A model generated the notes under the pieces. The model made no database searches and had not been told where the DNA came from. It saw only the letters and a list, made by a program, of their open reading frames with translations. Shown here piece after piece: positions 17,660 through 26,728 of a DNA stretch of 64,000 nucleotides. The DNA lies in the IMG/VR virus record IMGVR_UViG_3300021430_000310, positions 1,202-65,201 of that record. The stretch is one strand, 5' to 3'. The stretch's first letter is position 1. The number at the start of each line of letters is the position of its first letter. This stretch comes from a virus. Taxonomy: Duplodnaviria; Caudoviricetes. Made by a program: the position numbers and the translations under genes.

Positions 17660-17929
17660 ATGAGGGTGGAGCGCAATGGTTGGGTGGATGATCACAGCCT
17701 GATCAAGGCTAGCAACAGGCAGGATAAATGTCCCAACTGTGGCAGCTCAAACTATCGAGAAACTGTGAGCAGGGAAGAATGCTTCAGCTGTGGACTGGTG
17801 TGTGACTACTGGGGTAGCGGCACCAACTCAGTGTATGATGCATATCTGCGTGCACATTATGATCAGCTGGAGGCTGCACAACAGGCACAGCTGGCAGAGG
17901 ATCTCAGTCTGTATGACCCTGATGATTGA
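17660..17929 (+). CDS. Zn-ribbon protein
   Basis: CPNCGS...CFSCG. Confidence 0.65.
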   Translation: MRVERNGWVDDHSLIKASNRQDKCPNCGSSNYRETVSREECFSCGLVCDYWGSGTNSVYDAYLRAHYDQLEAAQQAQLAEDLSLYDPDD

Positions 17930-18119
17930 CAAAACAGTGCTGCCTAGTTTGTGGAGTGCGGTGTGGAGTGATTTGGGTAATCAGATGAGGAGTGCAGTTG
18001 CACATGGTACCAGAGTCCGGGTACAACAGCATGTGGGCACACCTTTGAGAATTGTGGAAACACAGGTGTGGTATCCCACAGAGGATGAACTGAGAGATAC
18101 TCATGATCCCCATAAATGA
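17922..18119 (+). CDS. Small hypothetical protein (tandem array member 1)
   Basis: About 65 aa, overlapping array. Confidence 0.55.
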   Translation: MIDKTVLPSLWSAVWSDLGNQMRSAVAHGTRVRVQQHVGTPLRIVETQVWYPTEDELRDTHDPHK

Positions 18120-18309
18120 TTCTCCCATGGATGAACTCACCCAACACATCTTGCGGGACACCCATCGAACCATAGTGGACCAGGTGCATGTGGTTGTGCG
18201 TGTTCGGGTGCATGGTGCCATGTTGGCACCCATCACACGCATTGTGGAAGATCAGATCTTTGACCACACTTATAATCAACTGGAGCACATGCATGACACA
18301 CCTCATTGA
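18103..18309 (+). CDS. Small hypothetical protein (array member 2)
   Basis: IVDQV..VEDQI periodicity. Confidence 0.55.
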   Translation: MIPINDSPMDELTQHILRDTHRTIVDQVHVVVRVRVHGAMLAPITRIVEDQIFDHTYNQLEHMHDTPH

Positions 18310-18487
18310 TGATCAGGTGAGAAACATGATCAGATCACCTCCCAGAGAGCAGCTGAGTGACCAAATCTGTCGCACTCTGAATAGTCATGTGCATGCTCAA
18401 CTGGCCTGGCAAGTGGCGATGGACCATCAAGTGGGCATGCGCTGGCACACACAGCAGCAGTTGAAGGAACAGGGTGCACATGATTGA
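18293..18487 (+). CDS. Small hypothetical protein (array member 3)
   Basis: LIDDQV..SDQI..QV. Confidence 0.55.
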   Translation: MTHLIDDQVRNMIRSPPREQLSDQICRTLNSHVHAQLAWQVAMDHQVGMRWHTQQQLKEQGAHD

Positions 18488-18659
18488 TGATCAAGTGATG
18501 CGGAGTATCAAGCAGGCTATGACATATGAGCCATATATGGCCACGCATGAACCTTTGAACACAGTGGATGATGTGATCAGCCATCAGATCTGGTTGCACA
18601 TTTATGGCAAATTCACAGAACGGCTGCCTCCCAATGCCCGCATCATCAATGTCAAATAA
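18480..18659 (+). CDS. Small hypothetical protein (array member 4)
   Basis: MIDDQV..HQI. Confidence 0.55.
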   Translation: MIDDQVMRSIKQAMTYEPYMATHEPLNTVDDVISHQIWLHIYGKFTERLPPNARIINVK

Positions 18660-18666
18660 TCACAGC

Positions 18667-18695
18667 TTGACTTGACTCACAGACTGCTGTATAAG
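18667..18695 (+). promoter_or_regulatory. Early promoter
   Basis: TTGACT-17-TATAAG. Confidence 0.6.
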
Positions 18696-18722
18696 ATACA
18701 CACGCAACAAGGAGATCCAACT

Positions 18723-19073
18723 ATGAAGACCTTTACTCGCATGGCTGCTCAGGGTGACTTTATCATCTTCCGCATCCCTGAACTGCCTGATAATCTGGAA
18801 CAGGTGGCACCTCTAAATGGTGTGCATGTGGTGGCCCACTCAGAAACTGGCCACAACCATGTGCTGGAAGCTGAGCATGTGACTGCCTACAAGCCAGCAG
18901 GTGTTAAGGATGTGGACCTCTACAAGATGTTCTTCAGTGTGGAGGCTCCTGCACAGATCACCCATCTGCGCAGCCATGACACTCATGAGGCACTGCTGGT
19001 TCCGCCAGGCACATATGAAGTGCGCCGTCAGCGTGAATACGTGGCGGATGGGTTCCGTCGAGCAGCAGACTGA
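18723..19073 (+). CDS. His-rich small protein of the QGD..TGHxH..RQREY family (typically a DUF6745 partner)
   Basis: AAQGD, HSETGHNH, HDTH, PPGTYEVRRQREY. Confidence 0.75.
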   Translation: MKTFTRMAAQGDFIIFRIPELPDNLEQVAPLNGVHVVAHSETGHNHVLEAEHVTAYKPAGVKDVDLYKMFFSVEAPAQITHLRSHDTHEALLVPPGTYEVRRQREYVADGFRRAAD

Positions 19074-19081
19074 TCAGCACC

Positions 19082-19107
19082 GGGCGGTGTTATCACCGCC
19101 CTTTTTT
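19082..19107 (+). terminator. Rho-independent terminator
   Basis: GGGCGGTG-TTAT-CACCGCCC-T6. Confidence 0.85.
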
Positions 19108-19108
19108 G

Positions 19109-19136
19109 TTGACAATAAGTCACAGTGTGTTATAAT
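19109..19136 (+). promoter_or_regulatory. Early promoter
   Basis: TTGACA-16-TATAAT. Confidence 0.8.
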
Positions 19137-19163
19137 GCACTCACCAACAAAGGAATGCATGAC

Positions 19164-19454
19164 ATGAGCAAGGTGAACACGTTCGAAGCACGCAGCTACA
19201 CCAATGAGTTTGGTCAGCTGATTGAGCCTGGTGACCCAGTCGTCTATGCTGGCACAGCCTATCAGAGCACCAGTCACACACAAGCCGTGTTTGAGGGGGT
19301 GTATGTGAACTCACGTGGCAGTGTGGAAGCTGTGCGAGTGGGCAATGTGCCCCATCAGCGTTGGATTTGGAATAAAGAGACTGGCAAGGGCTATCATGAA
19401 GATCGTGTGCGCAAGGCTGTGCTGCCGCTGCGACGAGTGTTCAAGCTGGCCTGA
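19164..19454 (+). CDS. Hypothetical protein
   Basis: NEFGQLIEPGD.VVY, an SH3-like phage pattern. Confidence 0.7.
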   Translation: MSKVNTFEARSYTNEFGQLIEPGDPVVYAGTAYQSTSHTQAVFEGVYVNSRGSVEAVRVGNVPHQRWIWNKETGKGYHEDRVRKAVLPLRRVFKLA

Positions 19455-19492
19455 CCCTACCCAACACACAGAACACCCAAGGAGAGAGTGTG

Positions 19493-20296
19493 ATGTTTTT
19501 GAAATATCCTCGCACTCCTCATCTGGAGGGCAGCAGACTACAGCCGGGCGACCATGATCATGATCAGGTGAGCCTGAGCAGCCTCACACAAGGAGAGTTT
19601 GTGTGGGAAGAGAAGGTGGATGGTGCCAACTCAGGCATCAGCTTTGATGAACAGGGTGTTCTGCAACTACAGAGCAGAGGGCATGTGCTCACAGGTGGGG
19701 CCCGAGAAGCACAGTTCAATCTGTTCAAACAGTGGGCCACAGGCATGGAGGAAGACCTCTATATTGTGCTGGGTGAGCGCTATATCATGTATGGTGAATG
19801 GTGCTATGCTCGCCACAGTGTGTTTTATGATCTGCTGCCTCACTACTTCCTGGAATTTGATGTTTATGACAAACATACCCACAAGTGGCTGAGCACAGAT
19901 GTCAGACATCAACTGTTGGAGCCCTTGCAGGTGTGCCATGTGCCTGTGGTTTATCGTGGCCATGTGAAAACTCGCAAACACATGCAGTCTCTGATTCAGC
20001 CCAGTGCATTCAAGAGTGAAAACTGGGCTGAATCTCTGCGTGCTCAGGCTGTGAAGGCAGGGGTGGATCCTGCTCAGGCCTGGGCAGAAACAGAAAAGAC
20101 GCGCCTCATGGAGGGTCTGTATGTCAAGCAAGAACTCAACGGAGAAGTGATTGGCAGATACAAGTATGTGAGGTATGACTTTGTTCAAACCATTGTGGAA
20201 AGTGGCAGTCACTGGGCAGATCGTCCCATGATTGTGAACATGCTGGCTCCTGGTGCACAACTGTTTGGTGCTCCAGTGATCACACCCAGCATTTGA
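19493..20296 (+). CDS. ATP-dependent RNA ligase (nucleotidyltransferase superfamily)
   Basis: KYPRTPHL, EEKVDGAN (motif I Lys), YGEW, FLEFDVYD, EGLYVK, YKYVR. Confidence 0.88.
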   Translation: MFLKYPRTPHLEGSRLQPGDHDHDQVSLSSLTQGEFVWEEKVDGANSGISFDEQGVLQLQSRGHVLTGGAREAQFNLFKQWATGMEEDLYIVLGERYIMYGEWCYARHSVFYDLLPHYFLEFDVYDKHTHKWLSTDVRHQLLEPLQVCHVPVVYRGHVKTRKHMQSLIQPSAFKSENWAESLRAQAVKAGVDPAQAWAETEKTRLMEGLYVKQELNGEVIGRYKYVRYDFVQTIVESGSHWADRPMIVNMLAPGAQLFGAPVITPSI

Positions 20297-21403
20297 GTGC
20301 TGATCATGACCCACTCTTCCATCGCTCACACATTGGCGGCTGCTCAGCAGGGCGATTGGCACCGAGCTGCTGAGTGCATGCCAGAATCTGTGGCCATGCA
20401 ATCCTGCATGCAGGACCCAGTGTTCCATGCAGAAGGTGATGTGTGGACTCACACCCAAATGGTGTACAACCATCTGCCTCACAATGCTGATGTGAGCTTG
20501 CAAGCATGTGCTGTGTATCATGATGTGGCCAAACCCCAAACCCGCACAGAGGTGGTGCTGCCTGATAGGATTCAGATCAGCCATCCTCGTCACAGCAGTC
20601 TGGGAGCGCAACATTTCTGGCAACAGGCTCATGAGCAAAACTGGGGCACCATCCATCAACGCTTGTGTGTTTACTGGTTGATCAGATATCATCAAAAGAT
20701 CTTTCATGTGTGGAACAGTGAGCACATGCTGCATGATCTGCTGCGCATGGCTGCTGATGTGGACCTCACACAGTTGTTGCAGTTTGCGCTGGCTGACACC
20801 CAGGGCAGGATTTGTGTGCACAACCCACAAACTGAACAGGACCTCATGCTGCTGCACACACTCTTGGATGAAACTCAGGCAAATGCACCCTGGTCCAGCT
20901 CTGCTGCCCGCAAGTTCTATTTTGAAAAGTCAGGCAGACAGCCCGAGTATGTGCCGCAGCCCCCTCAGGGCAGCAGAGTGTGGATCATGAGCGGACTACC
21001 TGGTAGTGGCAAGGATACCTGGATTGCTGCCAATCTGCCTCATGTGGCTGAGGTCAGCATGGACAGGATCAGATCTCAGTTGAAGGTTGAGCCCACGGAC
21101 AATCAGGGACAGGTGGTGCAGGCTGCACAAGAGGCAGCCCGAGTACTGTTGCGTGCTCGCAAAGATTTTGTGTGGAACAACACCTGTGTGACTGAACAAA
21201 CTCGCAGCCGAATCATTCAGCTGTGCAGAGACTATGATGCTCATGTCACAGTGGTCAACATGATCACCCCATTCTCAACCAGTCAATCTCGCAACAGAGC
21301 CAGAAAGCATCCAGTGCCTGACTCAGTTGTGCAACGCATGCTGCACAAATGGCAGCCCACCAGCATGACTGAAGCTCATGAAATCCACTGGGTGGAAATT
21401 TAA
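20297..21403 (+). CDS. HD phosphoesterase fused to P-loop 5' kinase (end-healing enzyme)
   Basis: HAEGDVWTHT, YHDVAK, LAD; C-terminal GLPGSGKDTW, WNNT. Confidence 0.85.
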   Translation: MLIMTHSSIAHTLAAAQQGDWHRAAECMPESVAMQSCMQDPVFHAEGDVWTHTQMVYNHLPHNADVSLQACAVYHDVAKPQTRTEVVLPDRIQISHPRHSSLGAQHFWQQAHEQNWGTIHQRLCVYWLIRYHQKIFHVWNSEHMLHDLLRMAADVDLTQLLQFALADTQGRICVHNPQTEQDLMLLHTLLDETQANAPWSSSAARKFYFEKSGRQPEYVPQPPQGSRVWIMSGLPGSGKDTWIAANLPHVAEVSMDRIRSQLKVEPTDNQGQVVQAAQEAARVLLRARKDFVWNNTCVTEQTRSRIIQLCRDYDAHVTVVNMITPFSTSQSRNRARKHPVPDSVVQRMLHKWQPTSMTEAHEIHWVEI

Positions 21404-21425
21404 ACCAGATCAGAAAGGAAGTTAT

Positions 21426-21854
21426 ATGACAAATACAATTCCCCGGATTGGAGTGGGTGTGATTGTTCACACTCCTCTGGGATACCCCATGCTGAGGCGA
21501 CAGGGCAGTCATGGTGCAGGCACCTGGTGCTGGCCAGGAGGTCACCTTGAACTGGGTGAGAGTGTGCTAGCCTGTGCTCTCCGAGAATGTGCAGAAGAGA
21601 CTGGTATAGCTCTTACCCGGGCTGAGATCCTGCCCTGGTTCACCGAAGACCGCTTTGAAGGTGGTCTTCACTACATCACTCTGTATGTGAGGGGAGAAAG
21701 TGGTGAATGTGCTCGCAATCTGGAACCCCACAAGTGTGATGCACTGCTGAATGTGGATCTGGATGTGGAATTCATTGATGAATACACAGGTGGTGAGCTG
21801 TTCAGCGGTGTGGCTCAAAGCTGGCGTTTGTTTAGACAACTCCAACAAAAATAA
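21426..21854 (+). CDS. Nudix hydrolase
   Basis: PGGHLELGES...ALRECAEETG. Confidence 0.9.
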   Translation: MTNTIPRIGVGVIVHTPLGYPMLRRQGSHGAGTWCWPGGHLELGESVLACALRECAEETGIALTRAEILPWFTEDRFEGGLHYITLYVRGESGECARNLEPHKCDALLNVDLDVEFIDEYTGGELFSGVAQSWRLFRQLQQK

Positions 21855-21857
21855 CTG

Positions 21858-21885
21858 TTGACATAATCAGATCACAGTGTATATT
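21858..21885 (+). promoter_or_regulatory. Early promoter
   Basis: TTGACA-16-TATATT. Confidence 0.75.
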
Positions 21886-21926
21886 ACACTTATTAACAAC
21901 GCATACCCAAAAGGACACAAGATACC

Positions 21927-22934
21927 ATGAAGCGATTCCTCCTAGCCTCTGTGTTTGCCCTTGCTGCTGTGACTCATGCTCAGGCGCAGACACAGCCTGG
22001 TGCCAAGGCCATCAACACTGGTGGTGCTGCTGGAGCATATCACGGCCAGTTCTGTCCGCCCATTCCTGGCGTGCTGGCCAATGCCTACTTCCAAGGATAC
22101 ACCTGCATGACCAGCGCAGGCACACTACAGAACATTGATCGCGTGCTGGCTCAGCCCACCAACCTGGGCTTTGTGCAGTTTGATGTGTTTGCACGAGAAG
22201 CGGCTCGGCGCCCTGCTGAATTTGAGCGGCTGAGCGTGATCCGATCTGACATTGCGTGTGAGACCTTGTTCATGATCACTCGCAACCCTGATCTGGACTT
22301 TGGCCGTGTGTTGGGTCTCAGCCGTCGCATCCAGTTTGTGATGCCGCCTGCTGCAAGCGGTAGTGCTGCCACCTTCAATTATCTGCGCAGCATTGATCCT
22401 GAGGGGCTGGGTCGTGTGCCTGACGCCAACATCACTCATGTGGCAGATGCCACTGCGGTGATCAACCGTGTGGCCAACAGCACACAGGGCGAGGTGGGCT
22501 TCTTTGTGCAGTTCGCAGATTATCGTAACGCCAACATTCGGCTGCTGGCTGAAACTGGGGTTCGAGTGATTCCTGTGATCAGCCGTGAAATCCTGCGTGC
22601 ACGAGTGGGTGATGCACCTGTGTATCAGGCAGAGACTGTGCAGCTTACACAGGGTGGCATGTTTGGTATTGGTGGTCGTGCACAGACTGTGACTAGTGCA
22701 TGCACCCAGGTGGCCCTGATCACAGGATCACCTGCTGCATTCGCAGATCGCAATGGGCAGGATGATGCTCGTGAACTGGTGGAGCGAGTGCGGGCTGTGC
22801 CGCGGGAAAACCTGCTGCCCCGAGACAATGCCATGGCAGCCATCCTGCGTGGTGCCACACGACTGAGCCAGGCTGCCATGGATCAGGCTGTGGCTGGTGT
22901 GGAAGCTGCTCGCCGGGCAGTTGAGAACCGATAA
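21927..22934 (+). CDS. Secreted TAXI-type (TRAP) solute-binding-like protein
   Basis: Signal peptide; TGGAAGAY, TSAGTLQNI, GFVQFD, SGSAATF. Confidence 0.7.
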   Translation: MKRFLLASVFALAAVTHAQAQTQPGAKAINTGGAAGAYHGQFCPPIPGVLANAYFQGYTCMTSAGTLQNIDRVLAQPTNLGFVQFDVFAREAARRPAEFERLSVIRSDIACETLFMITRNPDLDFGRVLGLSRRIQFVMPPAASGSAATFNYLRSIDPEGLGRVPDANITHVADATAVINRVANSTQGEVGFFVQFADYRNANIRLLAETGVRVIPVISREILRARVGDAPVYQAETVQLTQGGMFGIGGRAQTVTSACTQVALITGSPAAFADRNGQDDARELVERVRAVPRENLLPRDNAMAAILRGATRLSQAAMDQAVAGVEAARRAVENR

Positions 22935-22985
22935 TCCACTTGGGGCACATGAATGGTCATGTGCCCCAACATTGTATAGGAGAAC

Positions 22986-23408
22986 ATGATCATGCTTGCT
23001 CGTATTCCGTTCTGGGGTTGGTTTGTGATCATCCTCACTGCATGCTATCTGGTCTACAATCCCTGGGGCTTTAGTTTGACCCACATGTGGATGATGGATC
23101 CCATTCAGGATCTGTTGCCCTTTAAGATTCTGGCCACACTGGGCGTCATGAGTGTGCTGAGTCTGGTTACATACGGCGTAAGTCGCACAGTGAGCAAGTG
23201 GGGCATGCTGCTCATGCTGTGTATTATGGCCACACTCATGTGGTGTGCATGGGCATTGCTCACATTTGATGTGCTTAATGTTCAGTTGTGGTCCTGGATC
23301 ACTCAGCCCATCCTGGCTGTGATCCTCACACTGGGTTGGCAGTGGCCCAAGATTTGGCGGCGCAGCACCGGTGCAGTCACAGTGGATGATCCTGACACTG
23401 GTGGTTGA
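22986..23408 (+). CDS. Four-TM membrane protein
   Basis: Four hydrophobic segments; follows the TAXI-like gene. Confidence 0.75.
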   Translation: MIMLARIPFWGWFVIILTACYLVYNPWGFSLTHMWMMDPIQDLLPFKILATLGVMSVLSLVTYGVSRTVSKWGMLLMLCIMATLMWCAWALLTFDVLNVQLWSWITQPILAVILTLGWQWPKIWRRSTGAVTVDDPDTGG

Positions 23409-23422
23409 TCACACCTAACTTT

Positions 23423-23453
23423 GAGAACAGGGGGTCCCAGACCCCCTGTTCTC
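23423..23453. terminator. GC-rich hairpin, probable terminator
   Basis: 13-14 bp stem GAGAACAGGGGGT/ACCCCCTGTTCTC; no clear U tract. Confidence 0.5.
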
Positions 23454-23464
23454 ATGAGCACATA

Positions 23465-23493
23465 TTGACTGTTTTGGGTGTGCCAGGTAATAT
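23465..23493 (+). promoter_or_regulatory. Early promoter
   Basis: TTGACT-17-TAATAT. Confidence 0.5.
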
Positions 23494-23499
23494 TTTATT

Positions 23500-23844
23500 A
23501 TGACCCTTTTGAATCCTCTGCAAATTACCTCCATGCAAGCGCATGAATATGTACAACAGATCACCACTCGCAGCACAGCAGACCTTCATGATGATTACCA
23601 GATGATCTGGTTGCTGCAACCTGAGTCAGGTTATGGTGATCTGCATGATGTGATCCACCAATTGCGAGAAGCCATAATTCAAGAGCTACGTGACAGACCT
23701 GGCATTCCAGTCAGACCTAGGCTGGCCACCAGGTTGGGCATGGTGCAACCTGCCTTCCGTAGTAAGGTCATGTATTGGTTGCATGAACCAGATCATGATG
23801 TGGCCAGCAGCACATTTGTGAATACCAACCAAAATAATGGTTGA
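23500..23844 (+). CDS. Hypothetical protein
   Basis: 114-aa ORF following promoter. Confidence 0.55.
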   Translation: MTLLNPLQITSMQAHEYVQQITTRSTADLHDDYQMIWLLQPESGYGDLHDVIHQLREAIIQELRDRPGIPVRPRLATRLGMVQPAFRSKVMYWLHEPDHDVASSTFVNTNQNNG

Positions 23845-23868
23845 CACACCGTCTGTGTGTGCTATAAT
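23841..23868 (+). promoter_or_regulatory. Early promoter
   Basis: TTGACA-16-TATAAT. Confidence 0.8.
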
Positions 23869-23894
23869 GCCCACTTACAGAACAGGATGCACAC

Positions 23895-24110
23895 ATGTTG
23901 CGCAATATTGCAAGGTTGTTGGGATTCCGTGACTATCATATTGAAATCACCTATGTGTACACTGATCCCAACTTTGAAGCTGACCGCCTGCAGATCTCAT
24001 CCACTGTGTTTGCATGGTGCGGTACATGTGCTGCTCGCAGGCTGCAGAAGCAGTCTGCTCGTGACCTCAGCGGATGGCGTCAGCGCATGGTGGTTGTCAC
24101 TAGGATCTAA
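23895..24110 (+). CDS. Hypothetical protein
   Basis: CAGGA SD after promoter. Confidence 0.6.
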   Translation: MLRNIARLLGFRDYHIEITYVYTDPNFEADRLQISSTVFAWCGTCAARRLQKQSARDLSGWRQRMVVVTRI

Positions 24111-24126
24111 AATTGTCAAAAAACAC

Positions 24127-24154
24127 TTGACAGCCTGATCCGTCGTGTTATACT
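24127..24154 (+). promoter_or_regulatory. Early promoter
   Basis: TTGACA-16-TATACT. Confidence 0.75.
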
Positions 24155-24176
24155 GACCACACAACACAAGGAGCAT

Positions 24177-24386
24177 GTGATGAGGCGCATCAAGCAACTC
24201 AAGCCCAGCACTCAGGTGCATTTGATTGTGAACGGATTTGCTGTCATATGCCGTGTGCGAGACATCCGCACACAGGCTGGTCTGGATTGTGTGGCTGAGA
24301 TCAACCGTCTGCTTGCAAGTGGCACGCTCATGACTGGGTTTGCCAGCCGCTTTGGTATGCATGACATTCAGATCAATTGGGATTGA
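24177..24386 (+). CDS. Hypothetical protein
   Basis: AAGGAG SD. Confidence 0.65.
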   Translation: MMRRIKQLKPSTQVHLIVNGFAVICRVRDIRTQAGLDCVAEINRLLASGTLMTGFASRFGMHDIQINWD

Positions 24387-24595
24387 TGCACATGATGTAT
24401 TTCCTCATTAAGGCCCAAGTGACCCACACTGCTTATATGGCAGAGTCTAAGACCATTAATGATGTGCGTCTGGTGTTGGCACATGATCAAGCAGATGCTG
24501 AGCGCAAATACAGGCGCTATTGGGAAAACAAATGTGAGGATTATTCTGACAGCTATTATGTGCTCAGCATGCAAATTGTGGAGACCATCACTTAA
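24386..24595 (+). CDS. Hypothetical protein
   Basis: TGATG coupling; RLV.A.D..DAE.K. Confidence 0.65.
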   Translation: MHMMYFLIKAQVTHTAYMAESKTINDVRLVLAHDQADAERKYRRYWENKCEDYSDSYYVLSMQIVETIT

Positions 24596-25122
24596 TGGAC
24601 GTCAAGCTGAGGCAGATCCTGGAATTGGCTCTGCGCCCTGAAACAGGTGATGGAGAAAGTTCAGCTGCACTTGCCGCAGCTCGCCGCCTTGTGGCCAAGC
24701 ATGGTATGGAGTTGTTGAGTGCTGAGGGCCCTGAGCGTGTGGTGTATAGGGATCGTGTGGTTTATCGCAAGCCCAACCACAGTCACAGCCTGGAGCTCAA
24801 ACTCATGATACCTGCCACCTTCCATCATGCCATGATGGAGCGAATATTCCTGGATGCAGCAAGTCTGGGATGTGCAATAGAACTGATCAGTTGCGGTACT
24901 CAAACTGAAGCCATCCTGAGCGGCACTGTGATCAAGTTCAAGGTCATGGGCACCAAAGCTGCGGTGGATGCTTACAATCGCACCCTGGATGGCTATGTGG
25001 ATCAAATGAACCGCAAGCAAGGTCGCACACCCCACTCCCAGGACACCACCCATCGTGGTCGTGATACAGTGCATCCCAAGCCCAAGTCCAAGGGCTGGTT
25101 CAGCAAGCTGTTTGGAGGCTGA
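24595..25122 (+). CDS. DUF2786-like N-terminal domain protein
   Basis: KLRQILELAL....GESSAALAAARRLVAKHG. Confidence 0.65.
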   Translation: MDVKLRQILELALRPETGDGESSAALAAARRLVAKHGMELLSAEGPERVVYRDRVVYRKPNHSHSLELKLMIPATFHHAMMERIFLDAASLGCAIELISCGTQTEAILSGTVIKFKVMGTKAAVDAYNRTLDGYVDQMNRKQGRTPHSQDTTHRGRDTVHPKPKSKGWFSKLFGG

Positions 25123-25124
25123 TC

Positions 25125-25634
25125 ATGCCCAGGTTTAACCAGATTCTGCTTGTGTTCGTCTTGAGCATGCTGGTGGGGTTCTCTGTGCTACTCATGGTAT
25201 CTTTCACCTGGGCATTAGTGTGGATCATGGTTCACCTGATCATGTTTCTGTACCTGATGTTTTACACAGACACTCGTTCAGGCTTGACCTTACTCAGCTT
25301 GATTATCCCCCGCACCCACCTGGTGCACACCATGGACCATGATGGTGAAGTGCGGCATGTGCTGGCATATGGGGAACCTGGTCAGGTGCTGCATGCACAC
25401 AGATACTGGCTGAGTGAGATTGGTGAGATCCAATTGCATCCTAATGGATATGTTTCAGGACCCAGTTATGTGTATTTTTGGGAACCCACTGATCCCAATC
25501 AGCTTGTAGCCATGCATCTCACATATGACTGTATAGACTGGCATAAGTTAGGTCAGATGTCCTGGACACATAGGGATGATTATCGACAGCAGCTCAAGAG
25601 TCAGATCAAACTGAATCATGAGTCACACATTTGA
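25125..25634 (+). CDS. Membrane-anchored hypothetical protein
   Basis: Two N-terminal TM segments. Confidence 0.65.
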   Translation: MPRFNQILLVFVLSMLVGFSVLLMVSFTWALVWIMVHLIMFLYLMFYTDTRSGLTLLSLIIPRTHLVHTMDHDGEVRHVLAYGEPGQVLHAHRYWLSEIGEIQLHPNGYVSGPSYVYFWEPTDPNQLVAMHLTYDCIDWHKLGQMSWTHRDDYRQQLKSQIKLNHESHI

Positions 25635-25947
25635 TGATCCCCAACAATTCCTCTCTCATCTGGAGAGTAAACTGAATTCACTACCTGAGCAGGCAGATCT
25701 GATCAAGATCAATCTGCTACATGGTAGCGCACATGTGATCAGATATCTGATCGAAAGCCAATCAGTTTTGAGCACGAAGTTTTATGAATTGACAGACGTG
25801 CTCAACCAAGCTGATACATCTTGGGCACACAAGCTAACTTGCATCTATGAAATCATGGAAGCTGGTGTGGTCACCCCTGAACAAATGCAGCGCATACTTG
25901 AGACAGAGATATGTGGGAAACATCATGATAACCCAACTCAACCATAA
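25618..25947 (+). CDS. Hypothetical protein
   Basis: Overlapping tandem ORF. Confidence 0.6.
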   Translation: MSHTFDDPQQFLSHLESKLNSLPEQADLIKINLLHGSAHVIRYLIESQSVLSTKFYELTDVLNQADTSWAHKLTCIYEIMEAGVVTPEQMQRILETEICGKHHDNPTQP

Positions 25948-26269
25948 CACGTTCTGGTATGAACCAGGTCACATACTCCTGTGTTGGGATCAGTTCAGAT
26001 CCCCTCCTGCTGGTCCTGCTGGACGTTACTATTGGGAGAATGCAACACTTATACTCACCCGAGTGAACCCTTGGGCACCTAGTCATTATCAAAATTCAGA
26101 TCCTGCTATACTGTTTGTTAACAAGATGAGAGGAACCTGGCTAAATGAATATCAGCCAGATCTGGATCAAATATTTGATGAATATCAGATTGTGAACAAC
26201 GGATGGCGAGGTGTACTCAGAGTGAGTGAATGTGACCTCGCCTACTGGCTGTTACAATGTGGATCATAG
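25925..26269 (+). CDS. Hypothetical protein
   Basis: Last gene of the plus-strand early run; ends DLAYWLLQC. Confidence 0.6.
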   Translation: MITQLNHNTFWYEPGHILLCWDQFRSPPAGPAGRYYWENATLILTRVNPWAPSHYQNSDPAILFVNKMRGTWLNEYQPDLDQIFDEYQIVNNGWRGVLRVSECDLAYWLLQCGS

Positions 26270-26716
26270 CTCTGAATCGTTCATTCCCGCAATTCTCAAG
26301 CGCACGATGTTTCCCAAGCTGTAGCTTTTCACATCAAAGCCTTTCATGACGCCCAGGTAACGATTGCGCACCAGGGCCACTTCATTTATCACACTCAGCA
26401 TGTCCACAATGTCGGCCTCTCCATCTATATACTTCTCAATGGAGCGGTCAGATAGTTCTCTGTTGTAGCGTTCCAGATACCTGCGATAATGATCTGAACG
26501 CTGTTTGTCATACTTCACGTTCAGATATTTGAGCACACTCTCCAGATCCTGCAACTGATTGAATCTGTGGCTCACTTGCCCAGGCAGGTCTTGATTCTGT
26601 TTTTCCAGACTGCCCAAGATGCGAGTTTCTTTTTGAGCCTGCTCCAACTCACTATTATAGTAGTCAATCATGTCAGGCAGCACACTCATATCACTCCTAA
26701 CACGCACAAACCACAT
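26264..26716 (-). CDS. uvsY: Recombination mediator UvsY
   Basis: YLERYNRELSDRSIEKYIDGE, RNRYLGVMKG.D.KSY.LGNIVRLRIAGM. Confidence 0.88.
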   Translation of the reverse strand: MWFVRVRSDMSVLPDMIDYYNSELEQAQKETRILGSLEKQNQDLPGQVSHRFNQLQDLESVLKYLNVKYDKQRSDHYRRYLERYNRELSDRSIEKYIDGEADIVDMLSVINEVALVRNRYLGVMKGFDVKSYSLGNIVRLRIAGMNDSEL

Positions 26717-26728
26717 GCACTTAACTCC

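Noticed and set aside
19082-19101. TATCACCGCC resembles a lambda CI/Cro operator half-site
   Set aside because: It is one arm of a GC hairpin followed by T6 directly after a stop codon, so it is a terminator; it is single-copy and no repressor gene is nearby.
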